DNA of 64,000 nucleotides from Prorocentrum cordatum (taxonomy: Eukaryota): contig CAUYUJ010000115.1 in NCBI GenBank assembly GCA_963575745.1, positions 124,001 to 188,000 on the forward strand, written 5' to 3'. Under the pieces are notes generated by a model, which saw only the letters and a program-made list of their open reading frames with translations, was not told the origin of the DNA and did not search any database. Shown in pieces: positions 51,742 to 63,290 of the stretch. The first letter of the stretch is position 1. Each line of letters opens with the position of its first letter. The position numbers were made by a program, and so were the translations under genes.

Positions 51742-52744
51742 AGGAGGAGGAGTCGGAGGAAGGAGGACTCGTTGCCCGCGGTTCTCCGCCGGGACATTGC
51801 AACGGGGAATCCCCGTTCCACGCCGCTGCCTCGGTTTTGGCATCTCGGATCTTGGGGCCCTGTCAGAGATCAAGCCATATTGGCGACGCCTTAAGCCGTC
51901 TGGAGGTGCCTGGAGCCATCTTGGAAGTGTTGGAAGCCTCCTGGCATATTTTGGGGCAGTCTTGGGCTGTTTCGGGGCTCGCTTGGGGTGCTCTTAGGCC
52001 ATCCAGGCGCCCTCTTGAGCGGCTCTGAGCGTTCTTGGACAGTCTTGGAGCCTTCTGGCGGCCGTCCAGGGCAGTCCAGAGCCTCCCCAGGAGCCCCAGC
52101 GACCGTCTAGGGTCGCCTTGGGATCTTGGGGAGCCGCCCCGGGCCGAGATGCGCCGGTGCAATCTCGCACGCGCTGATTCCAGTATTGCCCCCACCAATT
52201 CTGAATCTCGCCATCACTCGGACGTCCATTCCCCTTGCATTTTTCGATGTCGTGCGTTCCAATTGTTCCTTCAAAAAATGATCCAATATGCTCCTCGATG
52301 GCCCTCGCTGAAAAAAGTGCACACGTCCGAGCGATGCCAAGTAATGGGATCGCCCCCCCCCGATGGATCCCCCCCTCTGTGGGTATGGTGTGGTGCTGAG
52401 GTGCCGCCCCCCTGTGGGTGTGGTTTGGTGCTGTGATGCTCCATTGGGCGGGAGAGATGCAGCTTGCCAGCACACGGGGCGGTGGCCTCCACGAGAGGTC
52501 CAGAGGTCCTCGTCGTCCTCGTCCTCGTTGTCGTTTTCGACATCGTCGTGCTCGTCGTCGTCGTCCACGACAGCGTAGTGCTCGTCGTCGTCGCTGTCCT
52601 CGTCGCCGCCGCCGCCGCCACCCTCGTCGCCCTCGTCATCGTCGACATCGTCGTCGTCGTGGTCGTCGTCAACGTCGTCGTCGTCGCCGTGCCCCCATCC
52701 CATCTTTCGGGGGGGCGCGCGGACCTCGAGCTCGGGAGCATAGA
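51742..52744 (-). mobile_element. Helitron-like unit, 5' part (no 3' end before the foldback)
   Basis: A|TCTATGCTCCCGAGC follows the PPR block. PPR-like relic NTGISACE at about 52164-52187. Confidence 0.5.
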
Positions 52745-53059
52745 TAACGTCTGGCTTCAGCCTCGTCTCCCACATCTCGCTCAGCAGCGCCAGAGCCCGC
52801 TGCCACTGCTCGCCCTGTGCGCACGCGATGATCCCAGCGCTGCAGCTGGTGATGTCGGATCCCAGCATCGCCTCCCACATCTCGCTCAGCAGCGCCAGAG
52901 CCCGCTGCCACTGCTGGCACTTCCCGCAAGCGCTGATCCCAGCGGTATAGCTGATGGCGTTGGGCACTAGCTTCGCCTCCCACATCTCGCTCAGCAGCGC
53001 CAGAGCCCGCTGCCACTGCTCGCCCTTGTCGCAGGCGCTCATCCCAGCGCTGTAGCTGA
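52745..53059 (-). CDS. PPR block, 3 repeats (315 bp)
   Basis: SYSAGMSACDKGEQWQRALALLSEMWEAKLVPNAI SYTAG...LGSDIT SCSAG...LKPDV. Confidence 0.85.
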
Positions 53060-54439
53060 CTAGGGCTGGACCCGTGGCCTACCAGCCACGAAATCTGTCT
53101 GAGATGGCACGCGGGACCAGGGCAGAGATGTTTCCGAAAGACTTTCGTGGTGACGTTGGGCCCGAACTGCGCCTCTGGCGCTGCTGCCTGCAGCTGCAGG
53201 GTGCTGCCGCCTGCGGAATGGTGCTGCTCCTGCGAACCTGGGCTGTGTGCTGCCGCCGTTTGCTGCGGAGTGCTTCCGTTCGCTGCTGCCACTAGAGGCC
53301 AGAAGGTTCTGCTTGCTGGCAGCCTTGCCAGCTGTCGCAAGTGGCAGCCTGCCAGCTGAGCAACGAGCGAGGAGTCAGGTATGAGGGAGGGAGGATGCCA
53401 GGAGCGATCAGCGAGGAGCAAGGAGCAAGGAGTGAGAAAGGAAGCCACGTTGGAAGAGAGAAGAGAGAGAAGAGAGAGGCGAGGAGCGATGAGGGATAGC
53501 CGAAGGAGGGAGGAGGCAGACGCCAGTAGTCTAGAGTGGGAAGGGTGGGGGCCAGGAGAGAGGTGGGAAGAGCGAGGGGGAGCGAGAAGGGAGAAGCCAG
53601 GAGCGAGGAGCGAGAGGCAGGTAAGCAAGAAAAGAGCGGCGACGAGCGAGAAACGTGGAGCAAGTAGGGAGAAGGGGAGCACGAGAAGAGGCCAGCACAC
53701 GAATGCCGCAATGGCCTCGGCGCGTGTGCGGCCGAACATCTGGTCTTCTCCAGGGTCGCCGACGGGGCTCTCCTGGGTGGTCGGTGCGGCCCCAGCACTC
53801 TCTAAGGGACCTTCCCTCGGAAGCCTCTGTGCGGCGGCTTCTGCGGTGTCTTGGGCCCCTCGGGGCCCTCTTGGGCCTGACTTGGGCCTCGTGCGGGCCT
53901 CCTGGCGCTTCTAGGAGGGGGGGCTCTTCGGGGTCTGCTGGCCGTCTCGAGCGCCATCTTGGGGCGGAGGGTTCCAAATGCCAGTTCCCGGATCCCCCTC
54001 TTGGGGCCCTCTTGGGTCCCTCTCGGGGCCGACTTGCAGCTCTCCTGGGCTGCCTGGGGGCCCTCTTGGAGGCCTGTTGGGCCACCTCGGGGCGAGGTGT
54101 GGGGCCGCTTGGCCATCATTAGCATCCGGAGCTCGAAAAGGCGAAACGTCGACATCCTTCAAAAACTGATCGGAAATCGGTGTCGGGCACTCTTCAGGGG
54201 CCTCTCTCTTGGGACTTTCGCAGGCCGTCTTGGGGGCCCCCTGTGCCGTTGGGGCCGTCTTGGAAGCCTCTTCGGCCGTCTTTGGGCTCCGCTGGGCCGT
54301 ATAGGAGACGTGGCCCAAGGCCCGCAGGGCTGTCGGAGTTCCCCCGAGAGCGCTTTTCTGCCTCCCGGGCATGTCTGAAGGAGAGGTAACCTGACGAAAG
54401 ACCCAACCACATGCAGCTGCGAGTACCGAATTGTGCTTA

Positions 54440-56250
54440 CCGATTTCGGTGGAGCTCCTTATGGGGTCACGAACCGTGTGAGGGGCGTGCCGAATTTGGC
54501 GCGGTGGTGCCATGCGAACCCTCCCAGTGGAGCCTTCGGTGGAATATATTTTGGGCCCACGAAACGTGTGATGGGGGTGTACCGACTTGGGCGCGGTGGT
54601 GCCATGCGAATCCTCCCGCTGGAGCCTTCGGCGGAACTCCCTATGGGGCCAGGAACAGTGTGAGGGGTGTGCTGGATTGGGCGCGGTGGCGTCATGCGAA
54701 TGGTCCCACTGGAGCCTTCACTGGAAATCCCTGTGGGGCCACGAAGCGTTGCCATGCGAACCCTCCCAGTGGAGCCTTCGGTGGAATATATTTTGGGCCC
54801 ACGAAACGCGTGATGGGGGTGTACCGACTTGGGCGCGGTGGTGCCATGCGGTGGTGCCATGCGTACCCTCCCTCTGGAGCCTTCGGCGGAACTCCCTATA
54901 TGGCCAAGAACAGTGAGGGGTGTGCTGGATTGGGCGCGGTGGCGTCATGCGAATCGTCCCACTGGAGCATTCACTGGAACTCCCTGGAGCCACGAAGCGT
55001 GTGAGGGGTGTGCCGACTTGGGCACCGTGGTGCCATGCGAACCCTCCCATTGGAGCCTTCGGTGGAGCTCCCTATGGGGCCACGAATGGTGTTAAAGGTG
55101 TGCCGAAATGGACATGCGGCAGGCGGGAAGGGCGCATGCGGGCGCGGCCACTGGGGCCTTCGGTGGAGCCCCCAATAGGGGCCACGAAGCGTGTGGGAGG
55201 CGTGCCGAAATGGGCATGCGGTGGTCGATGGAGCTCCCTGTGAGGCCACAAACCGTGTATGGGGTGTGCCGACATGGGCATGCGAAAGGCGGGGAAGGCG
55301 CATGCGGACGCGGCCACTGGGGCCTTCGGTGGAGCTCCCTCTGGTGCCACGAACCGTGTGACGATTGTGCCGAAATGGGCATGCGGTGGGCGGGGAGGGC
55401 GCATGCGGACGCGGCCACTGGGGCCTCCGGTGGAACTCCTTTATCGGGCCACGAACCGTATGAAGGGTCTGGGCGGGGAAGCGCATGTGAACGCGGCCGC
55501 TGGGGCCTTTGGTGGACATCCCTGTGGGACCACAAACCGTGTGAGAAGTGTGCCGAAATGGGCATGCGGTGGGCGGGGGCAACGCATGCGGACGCGGCCG
55601 CTGGGGCCTTCGGTGGAACCCCCAATGGTGCCACGACCCGTGTGACGATTGTGCCGAAATGGGCATGCGGTGGACGGGGAGGACGCATGTGGACGCGGCT
55701 TTTGGGCCTTCGGTGGAGCTCCCTGTAGGGCCACGAACCGTGCGAACGGTGTGCCGACATGGGCATGCGAAAGGCGGGGGGGGGGCGCATTCGGACGCAG
55801 CCACTGGGGCCTTCGGTGGAGCGCCCTCTGGTGCCACGACCCGTGTGACGATTGTGCCGAAATGGGCATGCGGTGGGCGGGGAGGGCGAATGCGGACGCG
55901 GCCTTTGGGCCTTCGGTGGAGCCCCCAATGAGGCCACGAAGCGTGTGACGATTGTGCCGAAATGGGCATGCGAAAGGCGGGGAGGGCGCATGCGGACGCG
56001 GCCACTGGGGCCTTCGGTGGAGCTCCCTCTGGTGCCACGACCCGTGTGACGATTGTGCCGAAATGGGCATGCGAAAGGCGGGGAAGGCGCATGCGGAAGC
56101 TGCCACTGGGGCCTTCGGTGGAGCTTTCTACGGGGCCAGGAGCCGTATGAGGGGCGTGCCGACATGGACATGCGGTGGGCGGGGAGGGCGCATGCGGACG
56201 CGGCCATTGGGGCCTTCGGTGGAGCTCCCTATGGGGCCACGAACCTTGTG
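54440..56250. repeat. Satellite (about 90 bp units grading to about 101 bp units) with GGGGCCTTCGGTGGAGCTCCC...GCCACGAA core
   Basis: CCTTCGGTGG recurs at about 55608, 55708, 55810, 55910, 56011, 56113 and 56214. Confidence 0.9.
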
Positions 56251-56379
56251 TGGGGCGATGGTGGTGATGACGGCGTTGATACGAAGCCGATGATGATGAT
56301 GACGAGAAGGAGGATGAGGGCGATGATGATGATGACGATGACGATGATGGCGGTGGCGTTGATGATGATAAGGATGATG

Positions 56380-56627
56380 GCGGTGCGGGCGCCGGCAGCC
56401 CGCAGGCGGGCTGCCAGGTCCGCCGGCGGCCCCCGGGACAGAAAGTCGAGGCCAGGATCGCGGATCGTCCGGATGTTGTCCGACGTCGTCGCCTTCGAGA
56501 GCATGACGTACAAAAGGAGCCAAAAACCGTCCAGGTCTTCAGCGCCTTTATACCCGGCGTCAACGATGACGCCTTGGTGCAAGGTCCTGCCCTGGCACGC
56601 CGTCGACGTGAGCACCTGGGCGTGCAA
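56380..56627 (-). pseudogene. PIF1/RecD-family (SF1B) helicase C-terminal relic, consistent with Helitron RepHel
   Basis: AQVLTSTACQGRTLHQGVIVDAG...LYVMLSKATTSDNI matches motifs V-VI (AxTxHKSQGxTL..VxVD...YVALSRA). Confidence 0.72.
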
Positions 56628-56659
56628 GATCTGCAGTCGTGTGCGCGTCCCTTTAATAC

Positions 56660-58825
56660 GGCATTCTGCTGTGATCCGAGAAGCCCACGAAAGCGGCGAC
56701 TGTGTCGCACATCGCAGCCCCCAAGGGACGGCGAGGTCTCATGGCGATCCCGGTAAGACGTCACCCTGCTGGTCCTAGCAGGAGCTCACGAAAGTGGCGG
56801 CGAGGTCTCATGGTGATCCCCGTAGGACATCACCCTCCTGGGCCTCCCAGGAGCCCACGAAAGTGGCCACAGTGTCGCAGATCGCAGGACCCCCGGGACG
56901 GCGAGGTCTCATGGTGATCACCGTAAGACGTCACCCGTCTGGGCTCCCCAGGAGCCCCTGGAGCCCACGAAAATCGCGACAGTGTCGCAGATCGCAGCCC
57001 CCCCAAAGACGGCGATGCCTCATAGTGATCCCCGTAGGAAGTCACTCTGCTAGGCTTCCCAGGAGCCCACGAAAGTGGCGACAGCTCAGCAGATCGCAGC
57101 ACCCCCAGGGACGGCGAGGTGTCATGGTGATCCCCGTATGTGTCACTCTGCTGGACCTCCCGGGAGCTCACGAAAGTGGCGACAGCTTCGCAGATCGCAG
57201 CCCTCCAGGGACGGCGAGGTCTCATGGTGATCCCCGTAAGACGTCACTCTGCTGGGATTCCCAGGAACCCACGAAAGTGGCGACAGCTTTGCAGATCGCA
57301 GGACCCCCGGGACGGCGAGGTCTCATGGTGATCCCCGTAGGACGTCACTCTGCTGCGCTTCCTAGGAGCCCACGAAAGTGGCGACAGTGTCGCACATCGC
57401 AGCCCCACAGGGACGGCGAGGTCTCATGGTGACCCCCCGGGACGTTACTCTGCTGGGCCTCACAAGAGCCCACGACAGGGGCGACAGCTTAGCAGATCGC
57501 AGTTCCCCAGGGACGGCGAGGTGGCATGGTGTTCCCCGTAGGACGTCACTTTGCTGGGCTTCCCAGGAGCCCACGAAAGTGGCGACAGCTCAGCAGATCG
57601 CAGCACCCCCAGGGACGGCGAGGTCTCATGGTGATCCCCGTAGGACGTCACTCTGCTGCTGGGCGACAGCTTCGCAGATCGCAGCCCCCTCTCACGGTGA
57701 TCCCCGTAGGACGTCAATGGCGACAGCTTCGCAGATCGCAGCCCCAACAGGGACGTAGGACGTCAGCTGTCTCGACAGGTGATCTCCCGTAGGACGTCAC
57801 TCTGCTGGGCCTCACAGGAGCCCACGAAACGGTGGTAGGACGTCACTCTGCTGGGCCTCACAGGAGCCCACGAAAGTGGCGACAGCTTCGCAGATCGCAG
57901 CACCCCCAAGGACGGCAAGGTCGCATGGTGATCCCCGTAGGACGTCACTCTGCTAGGCTTCCCAGGAGCCCACGAAAGTGGCGACAGCTTAGCAGATCGT
58001 AGCACCCCCAGGGACGGCGAGGTCTCATGGTGATCCCCGTAGGACGTCACTCTGCTGGGCCTTCCAAGAGCCCACGACAGGGGCGACAGCTTCGCAGATC
58101 GCAGCCCCCCAAGGACGGTAACGTCTCACGGTGATCCCCGTAGGACGTCGATCTGCTGGGCTTCCCAGGAACCCACGAAAGTTGCGGCAGCTGCGCAGAT
58201 CGCAGCCCCAACAGGGACGACGAGGTGTCATGGTGATCCCCGTAGGACGTCACCCCGCTGGGCCTCACAGGAGCCCACGAAAGTGGCGACAGTGTCGCAT
58301 ATCGCAGGCCACCAGGGACGGCGAGGTCTCATGGTGATCCCTGTAGGACGTCACTCCGCTGGGCTTCCCAGGAGCCCACGAAAATGGAAACAGCTGCGCA
58401 GATCGCAGCCCCCCAGGGACGGCGAGGTCTCATGGTGATCGCCGTAGGACGCCACCCCGCTGGGCTTCCCAGGAGCCAGCGAAAATGGAAACAGCTTCGC
58501 AGGTCGCAGCCCCACAGGGACGGCGAGGTCTTGTAGTGATCCCCGTAGGACGTCGACCTGCTAGGCTTCCCAGGAGCCCACGAAAGTGGCGACAGCTTAG
58601 AAGATCGCAGCTCCCCCGGGGATGGCGAGGCCTCATGATGATCCCCGTAGGACGTCACTCTGCTGGGCCTCGCAGGGAAACACGAAAGTTGCGACAGTTT
58701 CGCAGATCGCAGCACACCCAGGGACGGCGAGGTGTCACAGTGGTCCCCGTAGGACGTCACTCCGCTGGCCCCCCTCCCAGGAGCCCACGAAAGCGGCGAC
58801 GGTTTCGCGGATCGCAACCGCCCAG
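56660..58825 (-). repeat. ~100 bp satellite, inverted homolog of the 21918-23145 array
   Basis: Core CGAAAGTGGCGACAGCTTCGCAGATCGCAGCCCCCAGGGACGGCGAGGTCT closely matches the reverse complement of the 102 bp unit core. Confidence 0.9.
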
Positions 58826-59142
58826 GGTCGGCAGGGAGGAGGCAGGCAGGAGGAGAAGGAAAAGGAGGAGGAGGAGGAGGAGGAGGAGGAGGAGGAGGAG
58901 GGGGAGGAGGAGGGGGGAGGGCAAGCTAGGTGCGCTCGCGTCATATCTGACATCCTAGCCCTCCCTCCCATCCCTTACCATGGCGCAGATCCCCTCTCTA
59001 CTCGCACAGTCGGATGTCGAGCAGGGCAATGATCCCGAAAGGGTACGCGATGCATTGTAGAGCACGGCGTGGCATGGCGTAGAAGAGCACCGCAAAGCGT
59101 AGCATCAACCTAGCATTGCATTACACGCCGTGGCATGGCACG

Positions 59143-59320
59143 GGAAATGACGCCAGCGCTGCAGCGGGAGCACGAGTCGAAACGAGCAGAAGCGCGGAAA
59201 TGAGGCCAGCGCTGCAGCGGGAGCACGATTCGGAACGAGCGGAAGCACGGAAATGAGGCCAGCGCTGCAGCGGGAGCACGATTCGGAACGAGCGGGGCCC
59301 GAAAATGAGGCCAGCGCCTC
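59143..59320. repeat. ~54 bp tandem repeat, about 3 copies
   Basis: GAAATGAGGCCAGCGCTGCAGCGGGAGCACGA recurs. Confidence 0.85.
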
Positions 59321-59656
59321 AGCGAGAGCAGCATGTTGGAAACAAGTGCAGGCGAAAACCAAACTCCTGGGAAACCTGTGTGTAAAAAAACAGTGCGCGG
59401 GGGGGGGTCGGACACTTTCAAACCGTCATCAGGGGAAGAGGGAGAGTAGTATTCATATTGAGTAATTGTGGAGGAGGAGGGGGGATGAGAAGAGGAGGAG
59501 GAGGACGAGGAGGAAGAGGAAGGAGAAGAAGGAGAGGCGGGAGGTCGGAGAGCACAGTGCTCTGTTCAAAACGAAAACCCAACACAGGCGGGTTGGGCAA
59601 AGACACTGGTGCACAAAATCTCTTCGCACGCGGAGGTTCCGGCATTCTAGAGGAGG

Positions 59657-59761
59657 TGACGTTGGGCTTCAGCTTCGCCTTCCGCATCTCGCTCAGCAGC
59701 TCCAGAGCCGCCTGCCACTGCTCGCCCTTCTCGCACGCACTGATCCCAGCGCTGTAGCTGA
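59657..59761 (-). CDS. PPR block, 1 repeat (105 bp)
   Basis: SYSAGISACEKGEQWQAALELLSEMRKAKLKPNV. Confidence 0.8.
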
Positions 59762-60586
59762 CTAGGGCAGACCTGTGGACTCCGTCCACGACATCAGCTC
59801 GACGTAGCGAGGGGTCTCTGGGCAAGCGCGGGGGGGTGCGGCTGCAGGGCCGAAAGGCAATCATGATGCCTGTCGCCTCTCGTCCGCTCCCCCGCTCCTG
59901 GAGGGAATTCTGAAGCCACTGAAGGCTTCGTGGGGGCCGTTTCGGAGCCTCTTCGGCCTTCTTTTGGGCCTCCTGGGGGGGCTCTTAGGGCCCTCTCGAA
60001 CCGTCTTGGGTGCCTCTTGGGCCGTCTTGGGGCCGTCTGAGGCCCGCCTGGGCGCCTCTTGGGCTGTCTTGGGCCGTCTTGGGCCGCTCTTGGGGCCGTC
60101 TCGGGTGCCTCTTGGGCCGTCTTGGGCGCCTCCTGGGCCGTCCTGGGGCCGTCCTGGGGCGTCTTGGGACCGTCTTGGGGCCCTCCTGGCCCGCCTTGGG
60201 GCTCTCTTGGGGTCCTCTGCGGCCGTCTTGGAGCGGTCGGGGGGACTTCTGGGGCCGTCTTGGAGCGTCGGGAAGCCGAAGAGGCGAGGAGGCCGAAAAC
60301 ATCGAAAAACACAATAGAAATCGACGATTTCTGTCGCTCGGGGCCCTCTTGGGAGGCCTCTTCGGGCGTCTTGGACGCCTCTTGGGCCGTCTGGGGCGAA
60401 CCTCGGGCGTCTTGGGCCCACCTTTAAGCGTGCCGGGGCTCTCCCGGGCCGTCTTGGGGGCTTCTGGGGGCCCTCTTGACGTGTCTTGGGGCCTCCCTGG
60501 GCGGCCCGGGGCCAGCCCGGGGCGGTTTCGGTGCATTGGGGCCTGCGCCATTCTGGCACGCACTGGGCCCTGCAATGTAGTAGAGA
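59762..60586 (-). mobile_element. Helitron-like unit (inverted copy of the 923-2173 family)
   Basis: 5' TCTCTACTACATTGC. 3' GTGGAC-GGA-GTCCAC + CTAG|T. Confidence 0.8.
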
Positions 60587-62503
60587 CTAGGGCTGACCCG
60601 CGGCCTTCCGGCCGCGGAATCTGCCCGCCATGGCTTGGACGTGGAAGTGGAGCGTCTCTGGGGCCTCGCGAGTAAGGGGAGGTTGGAGGGGACGGTGTGG
60701 ATGGAGGAGGTGGCCGCTGGAGGGGGAGGTGGGCGAGGGATGCAGGCAAGCAGGCCTGAAGGCAGGAACGCGGTGGTGGAGGCGGTGTCAATGGAAGCGC
60801 ACCCATGTAGGCATGACAGCTGTTTCTGACGCCGCAGTCTGTGTTCATCATAGCTTCTGCGGGGAGGGCAGTCGTGAGAAGTTATCTGCTCTTCGCCGGG
60901 GCCGAATGATAATTTGATGTGGTAGTGTGGTAACAATGGGGCCAGTGGGCGCGGCCTAGGAGGCCCGCAAGAGGGCGGCGAGACGTAACTCCCTAAGACG
61001 GGCCCCAGTGCGAGGACACGAATCGACCTTTCGAGCGCATCGCCCCAAGACGTCCCCAAATGGCGCAGAGATGGCTCGCAGTGGGTCCAAGAAGCCCCCA
61101 AGACGATACTGGAAGTTCGACGCTCCCCAAGAGAGAAGCATCCAACGCCTCTTGGGGGCCGCTTGGGGGCCCTTTTCGTCCTCCTGGGGGTCTCTTGAAG
61201 CCCTCTTGGGCAATCTTGAGTGCGTCTTGGGCCGTCTTGGGGCGATGTGGGGCCGTCTTGGACGCCTCTCGGCATCTTGGGACAGTCTTGGAGCTATCGT
61301 GGGCAAATTTTGGGCGCTCTTGGGGTTGTCTTTGGTGTTTCTTGAGCCGTCTCGGGCGCCTCTGGAGCCGTCCCTGACGGCCCAGAGACCGTCTTGGAGA
61401 CTGTCCAAACGGAAAGGCGTGGAGACGATGGTGGGGGCATCTACAGCCGTCTTGGAGACGGGGCGGTGGGGCCGTCTTGGGCCATTATTGACTGATCTTG
61501 GGGCTGTATTGGGTGCGTCTTGGGCCGTCTCGGGGCCCTCCTGGGGCCCTCCTGGGAAGCCTCTTCGGCGTCTCTTGGGCCGTCGTAGAGGCGTCTTGGG
61601 CCGTCTTGGCGCCGCAAAAGGCAGTCTTGGCTTGTCGTGGAGCGCTCTTGGAGCGTCTTGGGGATACCTTGGGGCCGTCCTGGGAGCCTCTTGGTGTCAC
61701 CCTGGGGCCGTTGTGGGCGCCTCTTGGGCTCTCTTGACGCCCTCTCGGGCCGGTTTTCGTGCGTCTTGGGGGCCTCTTGGGCCATCTTGGGGCGGTCGTG
61801 GGGACCTGGAACCAGCTTCTGCGCCATATTCCCGTGAAGCAGCGCATGCTGGAAGTGAGCGTTTTTCTTCGGGGAAACAATGAGTTTCGCCTCTGGGGGC
61901 CATCCTTGGACGCCTCTTGGGCGTCTCTGGGGCCGTCGTGGAGGCGTCCTGGGCCGTCTTGGGTTTGTTTTCGGCGGTCTTGGGCTCTCTTGGAGCGCTC
62001 TTGGGCCGTCTTGGGGGAGTCTGGGGCCGTCCTGGGCGCCTCCTGGGAGCCTCTGGGGGCCGCCTGGGGGCCGTGTTGGGCGCCTCTTGGGTCTCTGGAC
62101 GCTCTCGCGGGCCTGTTTTCGTGCCTCTGGGGGGCCTCTTGGGCCGTCTTGGGGCGGTCGTGGGGGCCTCTTGTCCCATCTTTTGCGCCATACTCCCGAC
62201 AAGCAGTGCGTGCTAAAATTTGATGTTTTTCGTTGGAAAAACAATGATTTGATCCTGGGACGCCTCTTGAGCGTCTCTGGGGCCGTCGTGGAGGCCTCCT
62301 GGGCCTTGTCGGGACCGTTTTCGGCGGTCTGGAGCTCTCTTGGAGCGCTCTTGGGCCGTTTTTGGGGTGTCTGGGGCCGTCCTGGGCGCCTCTGGGGCCG
62401 CGTGAGCGCCTCTGGGGCGTCCCTGGAGCCGTTGTGGGGCATTTTTCGCCCATCAAGACAGGGACCCTTCCCGCACGCACGGGTCCCTGCATTGTAGAGA
62501 AGA
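60587..62503 (-). mobile_element. Helitron-like unit (head-to-tail junctions on both sides)
   Basis: 5' TCTTCTCTACAATGC. 3' CCGCGGCC-GGAA-GGCCGCGG (about 60598-60617) + CTAG. Confidence 0.75.
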
Positions 62504-63185
62504 CTAGGGCTGACCTGTGGACTCCGTCCACGACATCTTTCTGTAATGGTTCTCGGAGGAACGGCGGAGATTTTGCCGAAGGCCAATAAGCACGGCGGCG
62601 GCCGGGGCGGAGGCAGCCAAACTGAAGTCTCACGGGGATGTGCGTCAAAATTGAAGCCCATCTGAGGCGTCTCGTGAGCGCCTGGGGAAGGGCTCGGGAG
62701 GCCCTCGGGGAAAGCCACCGGGAGCGCCGGGGAGTCTTGCCAGGATCTCTTCGGGCGCTTTTGGGCCATCTTGGAACCCTTTTGGCCCGTCTAGGACCTC
62801 TCTTGGAAGTTTGAGGCACTAGGAGCCGTCTGGAGCAGTTCTTGGGGCGAAGTTGGGAGATCCTGAGAGTCAGTCAACGACTATGGGAAATCTTCGATTC
62901 GGGCATCGTGGGGCCGTCAGTCATCCAGGTCCTCTTGGCCGTCTTGGAGGGCCTCCTGGCTCGCGTTGGGGCCGTCTTGGGCCATTCTGAGGCTCGCTTC
63001 GGGCTCTCTGGGACCACCTGGGCTTGGGCCGTCGTTGGACGTCCTGGAGCCTTCCAGCGGCCGTCCAGCGCCGTCCGGGGTCGCCCCAGGGGCACCGGGT
63101 CGCCCCTGGAGCGCCGGGAGCCGCCCCGGCCTGCTGCCGCTGCAGCGCCATCTCGCGCGCGCGGGCCCGAGCTTGGTGGTACAGG
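62504..63185 (-). mobile_element. Helitron-like unit
   Basis: 5' CCTGTACCACCAAGC. 3' GTGGAC-GGA-GTCCAC (62517-62531) + CTAG. Confidence 0.72.
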
Positions 63186-63290
63186 TGACGTCGGGCAGCA
63201 GCTTCGCCTCCCGCATCTCGCCCAGCAGCGCCAGAGCACGCTGCCACTGCCCCCCCTTCTCGCACGCGCTGATCCCAGCGCTGTAGCTGA
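63186..63290 (-). CDS. PPR block, 1 repeat (105 bp)
   Basis: SYSAGISACEKGGQWQRALALLGEMREAKLLPDV. Confidence 0.8.

Larger units (their letters stand above)
53060..59656 (-). mobile_element. Long Helitron-like unit with helicase relic and satellites
   Basis: 5' CCTCCTCTAGAATGCCGG. 3' CGTGGC-N6-GCCACG (53073-53090) + CTAG. Contains a PIF1-like fragment. Confidence 0.7.

Noticed and set aside
37626..51751. Target-site duplication flanking the foldback
   Set aside because: The flanks (CCCAGGACGG vs AGGAGGAGGA) do not match convincingly.
37315..51894. Long ORFs of 400-630 aa in the ORF track
   Set aside because: They are translations of GGA/GAC/GTC microsatellites and GC-rich repeats, open in several frames on both strands, with no domain signal.
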